DNA from: a virus
Lineage: Duplodnaviria > Caudoviricetes
IMG/VR virus record: IMGVR_UViG_3300048599_000734
Span: 1-25,448 of that record
DNA length: 25,448 nucleotides
Reading direction: 5' to 3' (one strand)
Below the pieces are notes generated by a model, which saw only the letters and a program-made list of their open reading frames with translations, made no database searches and had not been told where the DNA came from. Shown in pieces: positions 25,242-25,448 of this stretch. The stretch's first letter is position 1. Each line of letters begins with the position of its first letter. The translations under genes were made by a program, and so were the position numbers.

Positions 25242-25448
25242 TCACATCCGGTAGAACAAATCATCCACTTTACAGCCAAGAACTTCTGCGACCGCTTTTG
25301 CTCTCAGTGGATGCACAGCATATTCTGCTTCCTCCATTCTATAAACAGCAGAATTACCTAAACCTGCTAACCTCGACAATTTATGCTGTGACAAACCGGC
25401 TTCTACTCTTTTTTGTTTGATGACCTTTTTCTTTGCTCTTAAATACAC
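25242..25448 (-). CDS. Cro/Ner-like XRE HTH regulator (may be 5'-truncated)
   Basis: RVEAGLSQHKLSRLAGLGNSAVYRME...VAEVLGCKVDDLF; position of ner in Mu-like phages; GTG at the window edge. Confidence 0.8.
   Translation of the reverse strand: MYLRAKKKVIKQKRVEAGLSQHKLSRLAGLGNSAVYRMEEAEYAVHPLRAKAVAEVLGCKVDDLFYRM

Larger units (their letters stand above)
1..25448 (-). mobile_element. Mu-like transposable prophage/phage (internal part), siphovirus-type tail
   Basis: Co-oriented DDE transposase, AAA ATPase, Gam, GemA, Mor and gp27-like TerS in Mu order, followed by head and non-contractile tail genes. No sheath gene and no termini in the window. Confidence 0.95.

Noticed and set aside
1-25448. CRISPR array, tRNA/rRNA, reverse transcriptase or DGR repeats, invertase
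   Set aside because: None detected by eye; nearly all sequence is accounted for by phage CDSs.

Overview
The whole window is the interior of a Mu-like transposable (pro)phage, probably from a Firmicute/Clostridia-type host (inferred from the GGAGG RBSs and gene families). All supported genes are on the minus strand. From the right end: Ner/Cro-like HTH, a stand-alone copy of the transposase N-terminal domain, MuA-like DDE transposase, MuB-like AAA ATPase, Gam, GemA, a guanylate kinase-like gene, small accessory ORFs, Mor/C activator, a candidate late promoter, Mu gp25/gp26/gp27 (TerS)-like genes, a NusG-paralog (LoaP-like) antiterminator with a 285-nt structured intergenic region, TerL, SPP1-like portal, minor capsid, scaffold, P22-coat-like capsid, neck genes, an Ig-tailed major tail protein, an internally duplicated tail chaperone with a -1 frameshift, tape measure and a truncated distal tail gene. 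The most notable element is the NusG paralog plus structured leader placed between terS and terL, ahead of a late operon that carries several intrinsic terminators. It is a candidate phage-encoded antitermination system. Genome ends, repressor and lysis genes were not found in this window. All family assignments come from motif recognition and synteny, not database searches.
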